The position numbers were made by a program, and so were the translations under genes. A stretch of DNA of 64,000 nt, from IMG/VR virus record IMGVR_UViG_3300023184_000033, positions 32,001 to 96,000 of that record; one strand, given 5' to 3'. The notes under the pieces were generated by a model. The model ran no database searches. It saw nothing but the letters and a program-made list of their open reading frames with translations, and was not told where the DNA came from. Below, piece by piece: positions 43,713 to 54,405 of this stretch (its first letter is position 1; every line of letters begins with the position of its first letter). Source of the DNA: a virus.

Positions 43713-45425
43713 TTAGACTGAACCAACAACTGTAGCGAAATTAACACCTGTTGCAACTGCAACGAAGTTCAACTGAATGAAGTTAATTGAACGTGCAGGT
43801 TTAACGTAAATATCACCAACAAATTGGTTGCTATCAATTACTTGTGGAGTGTTATTAGTTGTATCGCAAACTACTTTGAAGGCTGTAATACCACGGCGGC
43901 CTTGTATATCACGTAAGAACGGATTAACAATTGAAACGAATTGAGCACGTGTAAATTCATCATTAAATTCGAACATTGAATATTGTGCGGCTTTTGCAAT
44001 TGCTTTTTCTAGTGTAATAAACAATCTACGAACGTTGATTCTATCAAAAGCTGAAGGTTTAGACTGCAATGTTTTGTCACCAAACAGAACTGTACCTGAA
44101 CCAGGTATAGAAATAACAGGATTGATACCAAGTGAATATAGTGTATCACGGTATGTCTTGTTAGGATTCCATGCCAACTTAATAGCATTCTTAATTGAAC
44201 CACGATTTAGACCAGCTGGAGAGAACCATGGATCACGAATACTATCTGTATATACACATAGACCAGCAGTGTCACCATTTAATGGAATCCAACGATATAC
44301 GTTATTATATCTGTCAAATTGGTATTTCCATCCTGAATCTGCAACAGCATATGAAGAAGAACGTGATAGTGATGTTAACCATGTAGAGATTAAGTTCATC
44401 TCGCCACCTGGATTGTTAACAACCGCAGTAATTGGAGGAGAAACGAAAGTTACACAATCACGGCGAGAACCAACGGCAGGATTAATATCAACACCACTAA
44501 TGTTATCGATAACATATTGTTGCACAGTAACGTTTCCGTCACCAGTCATAACCAAGTCTACGTTAACGGCTTCTTTGTTTTGAAATTCAGCAAAACCAGC
44601 AACTGTGTTTGCTGTTGTACCAAGGTCATCATTACCTATTACAAACTGCACCGTATATGGAGTTGGTAGATTTGCAAAGTTGTTGTTCAATGCGGGTCTG
44701 TTCCAAGTTGTATTGGTAGTGGCATAGTTTGGAGGATCCATTGCATAAACATAACGTGACTGGTCAAATAATACTTGTTTCCAGAAATTAGATTTGCCGT
44801 TCAATGCAGCATCGGATGCCTTAGACATGAATGGGAATGTTTCTAGCACTGTACCTTTTGTACCAGTGAAAGCTCCGCCAGCATCGATAACAATCATGTG
44901 GATTTCATCGTTTGCACCACCGGCTGTAGAAGTAAATACTGATGTGCTTGGAGCAGAACTGAAGTAACCTGAATAAGCCCAACCAGAATAATTGTTCGAA
45001 TCTGCAATAGAAACTTGCAATGAGTTACCCATAGCACCAGGATATCTTGCGATAACTGGACCATAAACGTTATTGTTATTCTGGTTCAAGAAAGTGTACT
45101 GGAAGGTATCAGGATTCTTGATTTGTAAGTTAATAGTTGACGCAACAGCCGCATTATTTGCGGATTGACCAACAGTACGTACAATGTTTAGATTATTACC
45201 ATAAGACAAAAAGTTGGCAGCTGTAAAGAATGAAACTGCTGAGTTCGAATCAGGAGTACCAAAACGTTGAGCCAAAATAATTTCATCCGAAATTAAAGTA
45301 ATTTTATTGACTGGACCCCAACGGAAGTAACCAGCATAAGCACCAGCGGTAGTAGATACGGAAGGAACGATTGTTGTTAAATCAACTTCCGAAATAGCTA
45401 CGCCTGGAGAGAGTTGAAACGCCAT
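43713..45425 (-). CDS. 18: Tail sheath gp18
   Basis: LSPGV, PWFSPAG..RG, FDRINVRRLF. Confidence 0.98.
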   Translation of the reverse strand: MAFQLSPGVAISEVDLTTIVPSVSTTAGAYAGYFRWGPVNKITLISDEIILAQRFGTPDSNSAVSFFTAANFLSYGNNLNIVRTVGQSANNAAVASTINLQIKNPDTFQYTFLNQNNNNVYGPVIARYPGAMGNSLQVSIADSNNYSGWAYSGYFSSAPSTSVFTSTAGGANDEIHMIVIDAGGAFTGTKGTVLETFPFMSKASDAALNGKSNFWKQVLFDQSRYVYAMDPPNYATTNTTWNRPALNNNFANLPTPYTVQFVIGNDDLGTTANTVAGFAEFQNKEAVNVDLVMTGDGNVTVQQYVIDNISGVDINPAVGSRRDCVTFVSPPITAVVNNPGGEMNLISTWLTSLSRSSSYAVADSGWKYQFDRYNNVYRWIPLNGDTAGLCVYTDSIRDPWFSPAGLNRGSIKNAIKLAWNPNKTYRDTLYSLGINPVISIPGSGTVLFGDKTLQSKPSAFDRINVRRLFITLEKAIAKAAQYSMFEFNDEFTRAQFVSIVNPFLRDIQGRRGITAFKVVCDTTNNTPQVIDSNQFVGDIYVKPARSINFIQLNFVAVATGVNFATVVGSV

Positions 45426-45495
45426 TTTATTCTCCTTGAATTATTATAAGTGTGGTCGTTTAAAATACCATCATAATATTTATGAAACACCAAAT

Positions 45496-47178
45496 TTACA
45501 AATTATTTTTAAAATTTCCCATAAACGAAGAATATGTGGAACTACCGCTACCGGTCTCCCATAAATCACCATCAATGAGTTCTAAATCTGAATATGAAGT
45601 CATTGTGTCATCCATGATTGGTGCCGGCACCATTTCCTCATCAAATTGATTCATATTTTCAGCCTGAATTTGTTTTCTCAGATCATGATTAACAATTTCT
45701 CTAAAATATTTTTGAGTGGTTACCCATCCAAATAACACCAAAGACATAACCAAATCATCATTAGCATCGTCTTCTGCTGCAAAAGAGTTTTTCTTTGCAA
45801 CAAAAGTAGTTAACTCTGAATATGTATCAAAATCGTTAATTATAAGTTTGTCACCTTCAATCAAAGCTTTGAGGTTTGAACAACCAATGCGTTTGACTTG
45901 AGGAGACATTTTCAGTCCCATTTGTATACCTCTGGCAAAACCAGCCGATAACTGTTGAGGTTTTTTATTACCAGTAAACACTTTCCACAGATTTTCATAT
46001 TCTAAGTCAGAATGTAATGTTTCTGCCACCTGTGGTGTGTTGTTTATTTCCACCAACACATATGCATCATTATACAATCTGGCTGCATTATAGATTATGG
46101 TTGGAAATAATATTGGTGAAATGGTTGAAGACTTGTATGCTGCAACTTGTTTGTATGGTGTTTTGGATATGTCTATGATTGTAAATGAAGAACAATCTAA
46201 ACCTTTACCTTCAGAAACATCAACACACATGGCATACAGATGGTCTTTCATATTGACTTCATCTGATTTAATTGGTGCTTCATATATCCTCAACATATCA
46301 TGTTCGGTGATAGGATTGATATAAGTAATTTCTTGTAATTTTTTGGCAGAGATTAAAGTATTTGATGAACCTAAAAACTCAGTTTCAAACTCTTGACTAA
46401 ATTGTCGTTCAGAAGTGTTACGAATTGTTTCTTCTTTCCAGGCATCATCTCGACCTGGAACCATAGACCAATGAATCTCAAATGGTTTATAGTTACTACG
46501 TTTCTCAACGGCATCCATCCACATCTTGTAGAACAGATTCATACCATTTGGCGTAGACACCATCAAAATCTTTGTTTTAGTACCAGATGTAATAACAGGA
46601 TAAACTGAAGTAATGAAGTCGTATGCAACATTTCCTGGAACGAAAGCAAATTCATCTAAGAAAACAATGTTGTATGCGCCTGAACGTGCTGCTGAAGATG
46701 AAGTAGAGTTTGCAACAATAACGGAAGAATTTTCTAGTTCAATGCGACCCTTGTTCCATTCTACCACGCCTTGTTGTAACCACATTGGTAAGTTTTCATA
46801 TGCCAACTGTAACTTACCTAGAATGTCACGTGCTGTTTGGCCTTTGTTGGCCAACACGGCGATGTTCTGAGAATCTTTGAATAATATAGTCCAAAGAAGA
46901 TATGCAACCGCAGTTGTGGTTTTACCAACCTGTCGAGGGCACTTAACGATAACAAAACGATTATCATTAAAAGTTCTCATCATGTCTTTTTGGAAATCAT
47001 ACATTTCAAAAGGAACAAGACCACGGTCCAATGATATGATGCTGATGTATTTTGCAAAGTATATGGGATCAGCTGCACACTTCAGGTATTCTTCAACCTG
47101 TTCCTTAGTAAACTTATACTCAATGCCAACACGTTTTAATTTGGGATTGTCCCGGTACGATTCTTTAAGTGTTGCCAT
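45496..47178 (-). CDS. 17: Terminase large subunit gp17
   Basis: PRQVGKTT, FLDEFAF, STPNG, DDLVMSL. Confidence 0.98.
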   Translation of the reverse strand: MATLKESYRDNPKLKRVGIEYKFTKEQVEEYLKCAADPIYFAKYISIISLDRGLVPFEMYDFQKDMMRTFNDNRFVIVKCPRQVGKTTTAVAYLLWTILFKDSQNIAVLANKGQTARDILGKLQLAYENLPMWLQQGVVEWNKGRIELENSSVIVANSTSSSAARSGAYNIVFLDEFAFVPGNVAYDFITSVYPVITSGTKTKILMVSTPNGMNLFYKMWMDAVEKRSNYKPFEIHWSMVPGRDDAWKEETIRNTSERQFSQEFETEFLGSSNTLISAKKLQEITYINPITEHDMLRIYEAPIKSDEVNMKDHLYAMCVDVSEGKGLDCSSFTIIDISKTPYKQVAAYKSSTISPILFPTIIYNAARLYNDAYVLVEINNTPQVAETLHSDLEYENLWKVFTGNKKPQQLSAGFARGIQMGLKMSPQVKRIGCSNLKALIEGDKLIINDFDTYSELTTFVAKKNSFAAEDDANDDLVMSLVLFGWVTTQKYFREIVNHDLRKQIQAENMNQFDEEMVPAPIMDDTMTSYSDLELIDGDLWETGSGSSTYSSFMGNFKNNL

Positions 47179-47594
47179 TATTCTTTATTCTTTAATAATT
47201 TCTGCAACTCAGTAGTAGAACCAACAAAGATTGCTTTATCAATATTTGTTTGTGGTTTATTATCTTTTTTGGAATCATCCATGGTGCGAATTTGTTTCTG
47301 TATAGCCAAGAGTTCTTTATTGGCATCTACCATATTTTTGAGTATACCACCATAAACTTCAAATGCTCTTGGGTGTTGACCTGCTTTAGCAATCTGTAGA
47401 ATTTCTTCCATTGCATCTTTGCCAGAATCAATAATAGATTGCAAGTTTTCTTTTGACTGTTGGTATGCATCAGTCAAATCCTCATCCATGTTTGCTTCGT
47501 TGTAGTGGGTAGTTACAACTTCGGTTTTTGGTTTCTTTTCGTCAATTGGCATGACGTTAAAAATATCTGAAAGATTTTTATTCAATTCGTTCAT
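47178..47594 (-). CDS. 16: Terminase small subunit gp16
   Basis: HPRAFEV, FVGSTTELQKLL. Confidence 0.93.
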   Translation of the reverse strand: MNELNKNLSDIFNVMPIDEKKPKTEVVTTHYNEANMDEDLTDAYQQSKENLQSIIDSGKDAMEEILQIAKAGQHPRAFEVYGGILKNMVDANKELLAIQKQIRTMDDSKKDNKPQTNIDKAIFVGSTTELQKLLKNKE

Positions 47595-47609
47595 TTTAAA
47601 TCACTTTTA

Positions 47610-48605
47610 TTAATAATTTGCACTATACGTATTAGCTATTTCGGTAATAACAGTATTGGCCGTCCAATTTGAGGCATTCATTGTTGAAACACTTGGCGTA
47701 ATATCAATTTTGGCCAATCTTTGAGTTACCATATTATATGATGTGAATGAATAATTTGAATGTGTTTGTGTTCCAATAATTGGCATCGTAGAAACAAAAT
47801 GTCCTTTGATATTTTTTAAAGTTAAATTATTATATTTCCAAACAACAACTTTTGCTGTGGCCGTAGCGGTTGCAAGAGAATAACCTTGATACACAACTTC
47901 ATCCCGCAAATAAGTTCCATTGCCAGCAGGATTCATTGTAAACAAAATTTGGTCACCATCTGTAATCATATTATATACATTTGTAATTGAATGTGTAATT
48001 ACATTAGTTTGTGATACTGGACCAAAGATGAATCCTTTAACGGTAAAGTTGAGCGTCCAAATAATCATTCTGGTATCAGAATCACGACCACCTTCATATT
48101 TAATATCTTGGTTGGTTGAATTTAATACAATAGGAACTTCTTTAATAATACCCATCTCAGGTATCATATTAATCTTTACAGTATAATCTGGTGTAAAGTA
48201 TGACAAAACATGTTCTATAACTTGTGATGCATCTTCAATGTTACGAACATACAAATATAGATTGAAGTCAAAATTATATGGTACTGGATTGTATTGTCCC
48301 ACAGTACCTGTTGTTGTCTGTGAGAAATTTCTTATGTTGGTATTCTGTTTACGTGATGGATCATATGTGAATCCTGTCATCTCATAAGAAAATCTTGGTA
48401 AAGTAATTTGTACTTTTTTATCTAAGTCATAATCAGCTTCAAGTCTTTGCACATACAGTTCTTTGTTTGCATATGTGATAGGAATGATAAATCTTTCCGA
48501 TTCAGTTAAATCAGGATTGTAACGCACCAAAGTAATATTATCGAAAAGATTACCAAAGGCAACCGTTAATTTTCGAATGCTTCTATTGTAGAATGTATTT
48601 GCCAT
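47610..48605 (-). CDS. 15: gp15 tail sheath stabiliser, with C-terminal extension
   Basis: AFGNLF, LPRFSYE, PVPYN, YFTP. Confidence 0.93.
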   Translation of the reverse strand: MANTFYNRSIRKLTVAFGNLFDNITLVRYNPDLTESERFIIPITYANKELYVQRLEADYDLDKKVQITLPRFSYEMTGFTYDPSRKQNTNIRNFSQTTTGTVGQYNPVPYNFDFNLYLYVRNIEDASQVIEHVLSYFTPDYTVKINMIPEMGIIKEVPIVLNSTNQDIKYEGGRDSDTRMIIWTLNFTVKGFIFGPVSQTNVITHSITNVYNMITDGDQILFTMNPAGNGTYLRDEVVYQGYSLATATATAKVVVWKYNNLTLKNIKGHFVSTMPIIGTQTHSNYSFTSYNMVTQRLAKIDITPSVSTMNASNWTANTVITEIANTYSANY

Positions 48606-49489
48606 TAGATTGAACCAAACGGATTAATTTCCGCTGTGCTGATTATATTATTTGCTTGGGTGTTTATATATGAGTTATCATACTGTTCATTTTTAACTGT
48701 TGGTGTTAAAACATCATAGTTTCCAACAGTTCTTGTTGTATTGCTATTGTTACCACGAACAGTAACTGCGTTTCTGAACTCGCCTTGAATATTTGAAACA
48801 ATCAATTCCTTACTTACAAAATCCCAAGACTGTACGATAGCTGATGTGTATGAATTGGCCAGCGTTGCATCGTTTGACTGGAACACAATTTCACCTAAAG
48901 TAAAGTCACCAGTACCATTGCCAAGGTTGAGTGTAATGTTGTACGCTGAATTTGTAGCAGCTTCATCAATAACTGGAATACCAGTAGTAATTTCTTCTTG
49001 TGAGTATTTAAATTTCTCTAGTTCTAGTTCATAGAAAAATGGCACTTGTCGACCTAACATCATCATGTCTTTGTTTTGATTGGTGAATTTAATTTCATAT
49101 AGTTCACCAGTTCCGTTTGCGAATGGAATATAAATCAAGTCGCCTTCACGTGGTCTTGTAAATGTGTTCTGTGGAATTCTTTGTGCAAATGACCGTTTGG
49201 ATAATATTACTGATACTTGATTTCTAATCTCAAGTCCAAACTTGGAGAAGAATTCTCTTTCTCCGTTGTAATTCAATGCATTGGACAAATACATTTCAAG
49301 TGGAAATGCAGTTGAAAATTTCTTAACTGGATCTTCACCATACAATAAGTCACGTGCCTCATCATTATTATTAGGCAAATAGAAAGCATCAAACCCCATC
49401 AACTTGATGGATTCAACGAGCAAGTCTTCAATTAACCTTTGGTCAGTATACTTGGCGTTGTAACTATTGTAATAGGGATTCGTTGCCAT
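48605..49489 (-). CDS. 14: Neck protein gp14
   Basis: FFSKFGLEI, RPREGDLIY, NPFG. Confidence 0.94.
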   Translation of the reverse strand: MATNPYYNSYNAKYTDQRLIEDLLVESIKLMGFDAFYLPNNNDEARDLLYGEDPVKKFSTAFPLEMYLSNALNYNGEREFFSKFGLEIRNQVSVILSKRSFAQRIPQNTFTRPREGDLIYIPFANGTGELYEIKFTNQNKDMMMLGRQVPFFYELELEKFKYSQEEITTGIPVIDEAATNSAYNITLNLGNGTGDFTLGEIVFQSNDATLANSYTSAIVQSWDFVSKELIVSNIQGEFRNAVTVRGNNSNTTRTVGNYDVLTPTVKNEQYDNSYINTQANNIISTAEINPFGSI

Positions 49490-49490
49490 A

Positions 49491-50261
49491 TTAGTTCATG
49501 AACCATTCTAATGGAGCTCCATAATTGGATTCCATTTCTTTTTCTAATCGTTCGATTTCAATTGCAGCTTCTTCATAGATTTTTGTACCATTCAATGTAA
49601 CACCACCAGGCAACTGAATGTTATCAAACTTCTTCATATTATTACCCCAACTTCTCTTAATCAGAGCTGTTGCATATTCTTTTAACCATCTGTCATTCCA
49701 GACCAAGGTGAATTGTGTTGGATCAATAACTGCATAAGCTTCTGCAACAACAACTTGGCCAACTGGTGCTTGATATTTACCCCAAGCCCAATCAATGTAA
49801 AGTCTTTGAATGTGTCTTTGGAATCTAATTGGAACCTCACCAGCAAACATCAGTTCAAGTGAACGTAGATGTTGCATAGTGAGTGTGTAATTGATATAGG
49901 ACGCAGAGGTGAAGTCATACAACTCATTCAGGCGCAGCTGATAACGTAAGTCAAACATGCTTACACTAGCTTGCGAGTCCGTTAACGGAAAGATTCGTGT
50001 AATACCAGCAATCTCAATATGTGAGTTGCTTCTATCTAAAGCCTGTGAAGCATCGATGTATTTGTTATCCACATTTTGTTGTGTTAACTTATGAATCCAG
50101 TAAACTTTTTGCAAACCATCAAAATGATAGTCTTGCCAATATTGCAATGCATCGTCAATCCTATCTTGGATTTGTTCTTCATCGATGTTGATATCGATAA
50201 CCGGTGCACCAAGGCGGCGTAAGCAGTAATCGGTAAAATCTTTTCTTGTTGTAATTGCCAT
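49491..50261 (-). CDS. 13: Neck protein gp13
   Basis: YCLRRLGAPVI, WLKEYATALIK, LPGGVTLNG. Confidence 0.96.
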   Translation of the reverse strand: MAITTRKDFTDYCLRRLGAPVIDINIDEEQIQDRIDDALQYWQDYHFDGLQKVYWIHKLTQQNVDNKYIDASQALDRSNSHIEIAGITRIFPLTDSQASVSMFDLRYQLRLNELYDFTSASYINYTLTMQHLRSLELMFAGEVPIRFQRHIQRLYIDWAWGKYQAPVGQVVVAEAYAVIDPTQFTLVWNDRWLKEYATALIKRSWGNNMKKFDNIQLPGGVTLNGTKIYEEAAIEIERLEKEMESNYGAPLEWFMN

Positions 50262-50290
50262 GTTTTTTTACCCCGAATGTATCTCGGTAT

Positions 50291-50959
50291 TTAGTTATTC
50301 TCTGGAAACAAACAATCCTGAATGAACATCTTTACTGTATTCGCATCTAGTCCTAAACTTTCCATAACCCTCGGTGTATGTGGATTCTGTTTTTGATTTT
50401 GACAATAGTAGTTCTGTTGTTCTCTGATACTACCATGATATGAAAGTGGTACATGTGTGGTACCAACATGCCAAAGATAGTAATCTGTAGTTTCATTAGC
50501 CAATGAAATTAATGTTTCTAGTTCTTTTTCGTCCTGTATATTACCTGCAGCAACCATAGACGATGAAAATATATTTTTGGCCCAATCTGGTAAATTTCTA
50601 GGCTTAGACCACTCAAAATCTTTAACACGATTCTGAAACCACTTTGACATAAAATGTTCACTATTCATACTGAAATCGTGAAAGGCACCAGTGATTTTAT
50701 TTGGTCCCGCAATTAAGTCCAAACCAAAAATTGGTGACGGGTCATTATAATGTGGAAATATACACAGATGCATCATATACAATTTTTTTGTATCACGTGC
50801 ATCTATAATATCCAAGTGTGCTCTACGAAAATTATCGGATGAATACACATAGTTTGGCCAATCAAAAGAATGTCCCTCATCAACCACAACAGAACCTTCT
50901 TTGATTTTGTTATGTACAGACTCCGATAGTTCCACCAAACGATTAAAGATGGTACTCAT
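50291..50959 (-). CDS. Ferredoxin-dependent bilin reductase (PcyA/PcyX-like)
   Basis: FRRAHL, MHLCIFP, PIFGLD, LPDWAKNIFS, YCQNQKQNPHT. Confidence 0.88.
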   Translation of the reverse strand: MSTIFNRLVELSESVHNKIKEGSVVVDEGHSFDWPNYVYSSDNFRRAHLDIIDARDTKKLYMMHLCIFPHYNDPSPIFGLDLIAGPNKITGAFHDFSMNSEHFMSKWFQNRVKDFEWSKPRNLPDWAKNIFSSSMVAAGNIQDEKELETLISLANETTDYYLWHVGTTHVPLSYHGSIREQQNYYCQNQKQNPHTPRVMESLGLDANTVKMFIQDCLFPENN

Positions 50960-51467
50960 GTTCTAGTTCACCAAATAGTCTGATGACAAAATCGAAACAT
51001 TTGTTTGCTTCGGTACCCAGGTTCTCTGTTAACATTGGTCGAATCTTATCAATCATCTCTTTACGATTTTCGAAATCATACATTCTACCACTTGAAGGTG
51101 CCACTTTTTTAATCATCTGGCCACCATACATATCACCAAAGTGTCTGACATAAATGTGTGCCAAAAAATTAATTGGTTCTGAAGTAACATAATTCATATA
51201 ATCGATTGTAGAATTGTGTGGTACAAAATCAACTTCTGCCAATTCATCCAAGTCTTCTTTCATTTTATCGGCCCGCCACAGTTCTGGCATATCAGAGAGT
51301 ATACCTTGTTCCTGAGCTTTTTCTTCTAGTGTTCTATAACATAGATACTGGTTATACAGATATTCTGCATACATTCTTTTTGTTATTTTACCATTCAAAA
51401 GAAATTCTACAAATTTTGTTTTTTCTGCCGCTTCATGTTTGTCTGCAATTTGTTCACGCAATGTCAT
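50943..51467 (-). CDS. Heme oxygenase
   Basis: KHEAAE proximal His; HIYVRHFGDMYGGQ. Confidence 0.92.
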   Translation of the reverse strand: MTLREQIADKHEAAEKTKFVEFLLNGKITKRMYAEYLYNQYLCYRTLEEKAQEQGILSDMPELWRADKMKEDLDELAEVDFVPHNSTIDYMNYVTSEPINFLAHIYVRHFGDMYGGQMIKKVAPSSGRMYDFENRKEMIDKIRPMLTENLGTEANKCFDFVIRLFGELEHEYHL

Positions 51468-51477
51468 AATTTTTATC

Positions 51478-52524
51478 CTATAGAGTATAAGTGATGGTGT
51501 TTATTAAATTGTTAGCAAAATATGTTATATTATATTTACGAGTTCCAATATTTGATATTGCTGAATTAATAGTTTCTTTAAATGATGTTACAAATCCATT
51601 GGAATTATAAGTCATTCCATCAATCGTTATAATACTATCTGTGTAAGACGATAGGTTTGTATTTGCATAAAAAATTATACCATTATTAGAATTGAATGCT
51701 GGTGAGTGAATTGATGATGCAAGACTTGTTGTGACATTGGATATTTTTGTATTTGTTGATACATTTATATCATATAGATTTTGAAATCTTGTATTTGATG
51801 TGTCTGATAAATTTTGAATTCTTGTATTTGATGTGGTCGATATATCAAATAAATTTTGAACTTTTACATTGATTGTATTAGACCAAAATAAGTAATTGTT
51901 TGCGTTTGCTGTTAATACTGTTCCGTCCGCACCAGCCGGCAAAGATATGTAGACACCGTTTGCACCCTGATATTGTATGTCACCAAGATTTGCCGTGACT
52001 ACTGCATTTTTCCAATATACTTGGCCATTTGCGGCAAGAGATAAGAATTGGTTTGCATTTCCTGTTGGTATGGTATCTGTTAAATTTAACCAACCTGGAG
52101 TTCCGTCTCCTGTGATTGCAAGTATTCGGTTAACGTTTCCTACGGGCAATCTTTGTGGTGAAGTATTACCTTGATATTGTATGTCACCTGGTTGGTTTGT
52201 TACAACATTCTTATAATCATCATTAAAAGTTCTCCAAAAATCTGGTGATGTATTTGGTTGTCTATTAATGTTGTTGCTAGATACCGCTATAAAACTTACG
52301 TTATTATATTTAATAGTATCAGATACTACATAGTAGGTGTTAGATGACCATTGATTATTCCATTGGAATCCATTTGAAATTAAAGACCAAGAAGTTAAAT
52401 TGAATGGTGAAATGGCCTTGGATGGTATAACTGCTTGATACAGTTTTCCACCATAAATTACAAAATCACCAGTTTTGTAAGATGTTGTGACGGAATATGG
52501 ACCAGTGAAAGAAGTATTTAACAT
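51478..52524 (-). CDS. Tail-fibre-like structural protein
   Basis: Y..GDFV.YGG repeats, GDIQYQG..RLPVG repeats; C-terminal domain shared with 58613..62164. Confidence 0.65.
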   Translation of the reverse strand: MLNTSFTGPYSVTTSYKTGDFVIYGGKLYQAVIPSKAISPFNLTSWSLISNGFQWNNQWSSNTYYVVSDTIKYNNVSFIAVSSNNINRQPNTSPDFWRTFNDDYKNVVTNQPGDIQYQGNTSPQRLPVGNVNRILAITGDGTPGWLNLTDTIPTGNANQFLSLAANGQVYWKNAVVTANLGDIQYQGANGVYISLPAGADGTVLTANANNYLFWSNTINVKVQNLFDISTTSNTRIQNLSDTSNTRFQNLYDINVSTNTKISNVTTSLASSIHSPAFNSNNGIIFYANTNLSSYTDSIITIDGMTYNSNGFVTSFKETINSAISNIGTRKYNITYFANNLINTITYTL

Positions 52525-52584
52525 TTTTTAGGAGTACTTTGACATACTCATATTTATCTAATCACCGCCACAACAAATTTAAAT

Positions 52585-54402
52585 TTATTCAGATGAGAAT
52601 TTAATTACATTTTTGTTTTTAACGGTAATTAGTTTGTTGTATTCTGGTAAATATAGATATTCTATTTGACTCTTTGATAGAGTATCAATAGCATCATCGA
52701 GTGTTTCCACTAAAGGATCACCACCTAAATTAAAACTGGTGTTGAAAACAATTGGTACTCCAGTACGGTTTTTAAACTCTGAAATTAATCTGTGATAAAG
52801 AGGATTATCTTCTTTTGTAACCGTCTGAATTCTGCAAGTGTGGTCAACGTGAATAATGGAAGGTATCTTTTCTTCTACACCAGGTTGACAGTTCACAGCA
52901 TACATCATGTGTGGAGAACTCTCCATACCACGCAAATCAAACCATTCATGCACATCTTCTTGTAGAATTGATCCAGCAAAAGGTCTAAAGTATTCTCGGT
53001 GTTTTACACTGTTAACAAAGTCTTTACCATCTTCAAATGTAGGATCAAAAAGTATACTACGATTTCCTAAAGCCCTAGGACCATTTTCACTACGACCTTG
53101 GAATATAGCAACAATATTTTTATTGACCATCAATTCAACGATATCAGCATCTGTAGCATCTTTGATTTCGGCTTGATTGTTGTAAATAATTTCAGACAAT
53201 TCTTCTGGTGTATAATTGTAAACTGGTCCAAGATATACGTCAGATTTACGTTTCATCATAGATTGTTCGGCCGAATGGTAGAACAATAATGCCACACCAA
53301 TTGCTGTTCCACCATCATTTGAAATCGGTTCAACATATAAATTAATACCTAATTCTTTTAATTTTGTCAAATAGTGGTAATTAGCAACACAGTTTAGTCC
53401 ATAACCACCACTCAAAACAATGTTTTTCTTACCTGTTTTTTCACTGGCTCGAATAATTAGATTCAATACTTGTTCTTGAGTTTGTGTTTGAACTGCATAG
53501 GCCAAATCTCTACGATTCTGTAATTTTGTAATGTCATCTTCTTCACCTATATCTTGCAACTCTTGTATCATACCAGCATTGATAAAAGCAGAACCTGGAT
53601 ATGTTGGTGTGATAAAGTTTCTATCAGATAATGTGTATTCACTAGATCCATTTACATTACTGAATAATTTTGGTATATTGGTATTTTCTTTACCATAAGG
53701 AAAAAGTCCCATTGTTTTTCCCGCTTCAATGCCGGAGAAACCACAAAACTCGGTTGCTGCCTCATATGTTTTTGTGATGCCAGCTCTATCCGAAAATATT
53801 GCTTCATATGTTCCTTCTTCATTCAGATACTGTGCATCAATATTTTGTTTCGAAAATGGTATACCATCTTTGTTACCATAGTGTTTATAAACAGTTTTGA
53901 AGTTTGCTGGATAAGAACATTCTAAGATTGTTTCTACTTCCCAAAAATAGATAGGTTGTCCTCTGCTTTCGGCAACCATGCAAGAACCAGCACCGTCAAC
54001 AATCAATGCTGCTGCATCATCAAAACCGGAACGATAAAATGCACAAGCAGCATGAATTTTATGGTGTTGATGACTTAAATCAATCACCTGTGGATGGTTG
54101 TACAAGTCTGCTTTTCTATCAATCAGACCTATTTTTCTTGCCAAACCGGTATACACATTATCACCTGTGAAGTCTACTGTACCGGCAGTTTCTTTTAATG
54201 GTTGTGTATGTGATACTACAATGTAATCAACTTTATTTGTATATTCTTTTACTTTCAATATACCAGCATATGGTCCACCATCGTATTTGTGTCGGCTTAA
54301 TCTTTCTTCTTCAAGACTAAAAACTATTTCACCATCTTTAAGTAAGCAAACACCTGCATTGTGACCACGACTAATTCCTAAAATATAACCAGTTTTATTC
54401 AT
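52585..54402 (-). CDS. Carbamoyltransferase (NodU/CmcH/TobZ family)
   Basis: EEERLSR, HH..HA, GKTMGL, GPRALGNRS, RPFA, NTSFN. Confidence 0.94.
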   Translation of the reverse strand: MNKTGYILGISRGHNAGVCLLKDGEIVFSLEEERLSRHKYDGGPYAGILKVKEYTNKVDYIVVSHTQPLKETAGTVDFTGDNVYTGLARKIGLIDRKADLYNHPQVIDLSHQHHKIHAACAFYRSGFDDAAALIVDGAGSCMVAESRGQPIYFWEVETILECSYPANFKTVYKHYGNKDGIPFSKQNIDAQYLNEEGTYEAIFSDRAGITKTYEAATEFCGFSGIEAGKTMGLFPYGKENTNIPKLFSNVNGSSEYTLSDRNFITPTYPGSAFINAGMIQELQDIGEEDDITKLQNRRDLAYAVQTQTQEQVLNLIIRASEKTGKKNIVLSGGYGLNCVANYHYLTKLKELGINLYVEPISNDGGTAIGVALLFYHSAEQSMMKRKSDVYLGPVYNYTPEELSEIIYNNQAEIKDATDADIVELMVNKNIVAIFQGRSENGPRALGNRSILFDPTFEDGKDFVNSVKHREYFRPFAGSILQEDVHEWFDLRGMESSPHMMYAVNCQPGVEEKIPSIIHVDHTCRIQTVTKEDNPLYHRLISEFKNRTGVPIVFNTSFNLGGDPLVETLDDAIDTLSKSQIEYLYLPEYNKLITVKNKNVIKFSSE

Positions 54403-54405
54403 AAT

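Noticed and set aside
3441-47178. Introns or inteins in gp43, gp46, gp20, gp23 or gp17
   Set aside because: ORFs are continuous, of normal length, and show no intein motifs.
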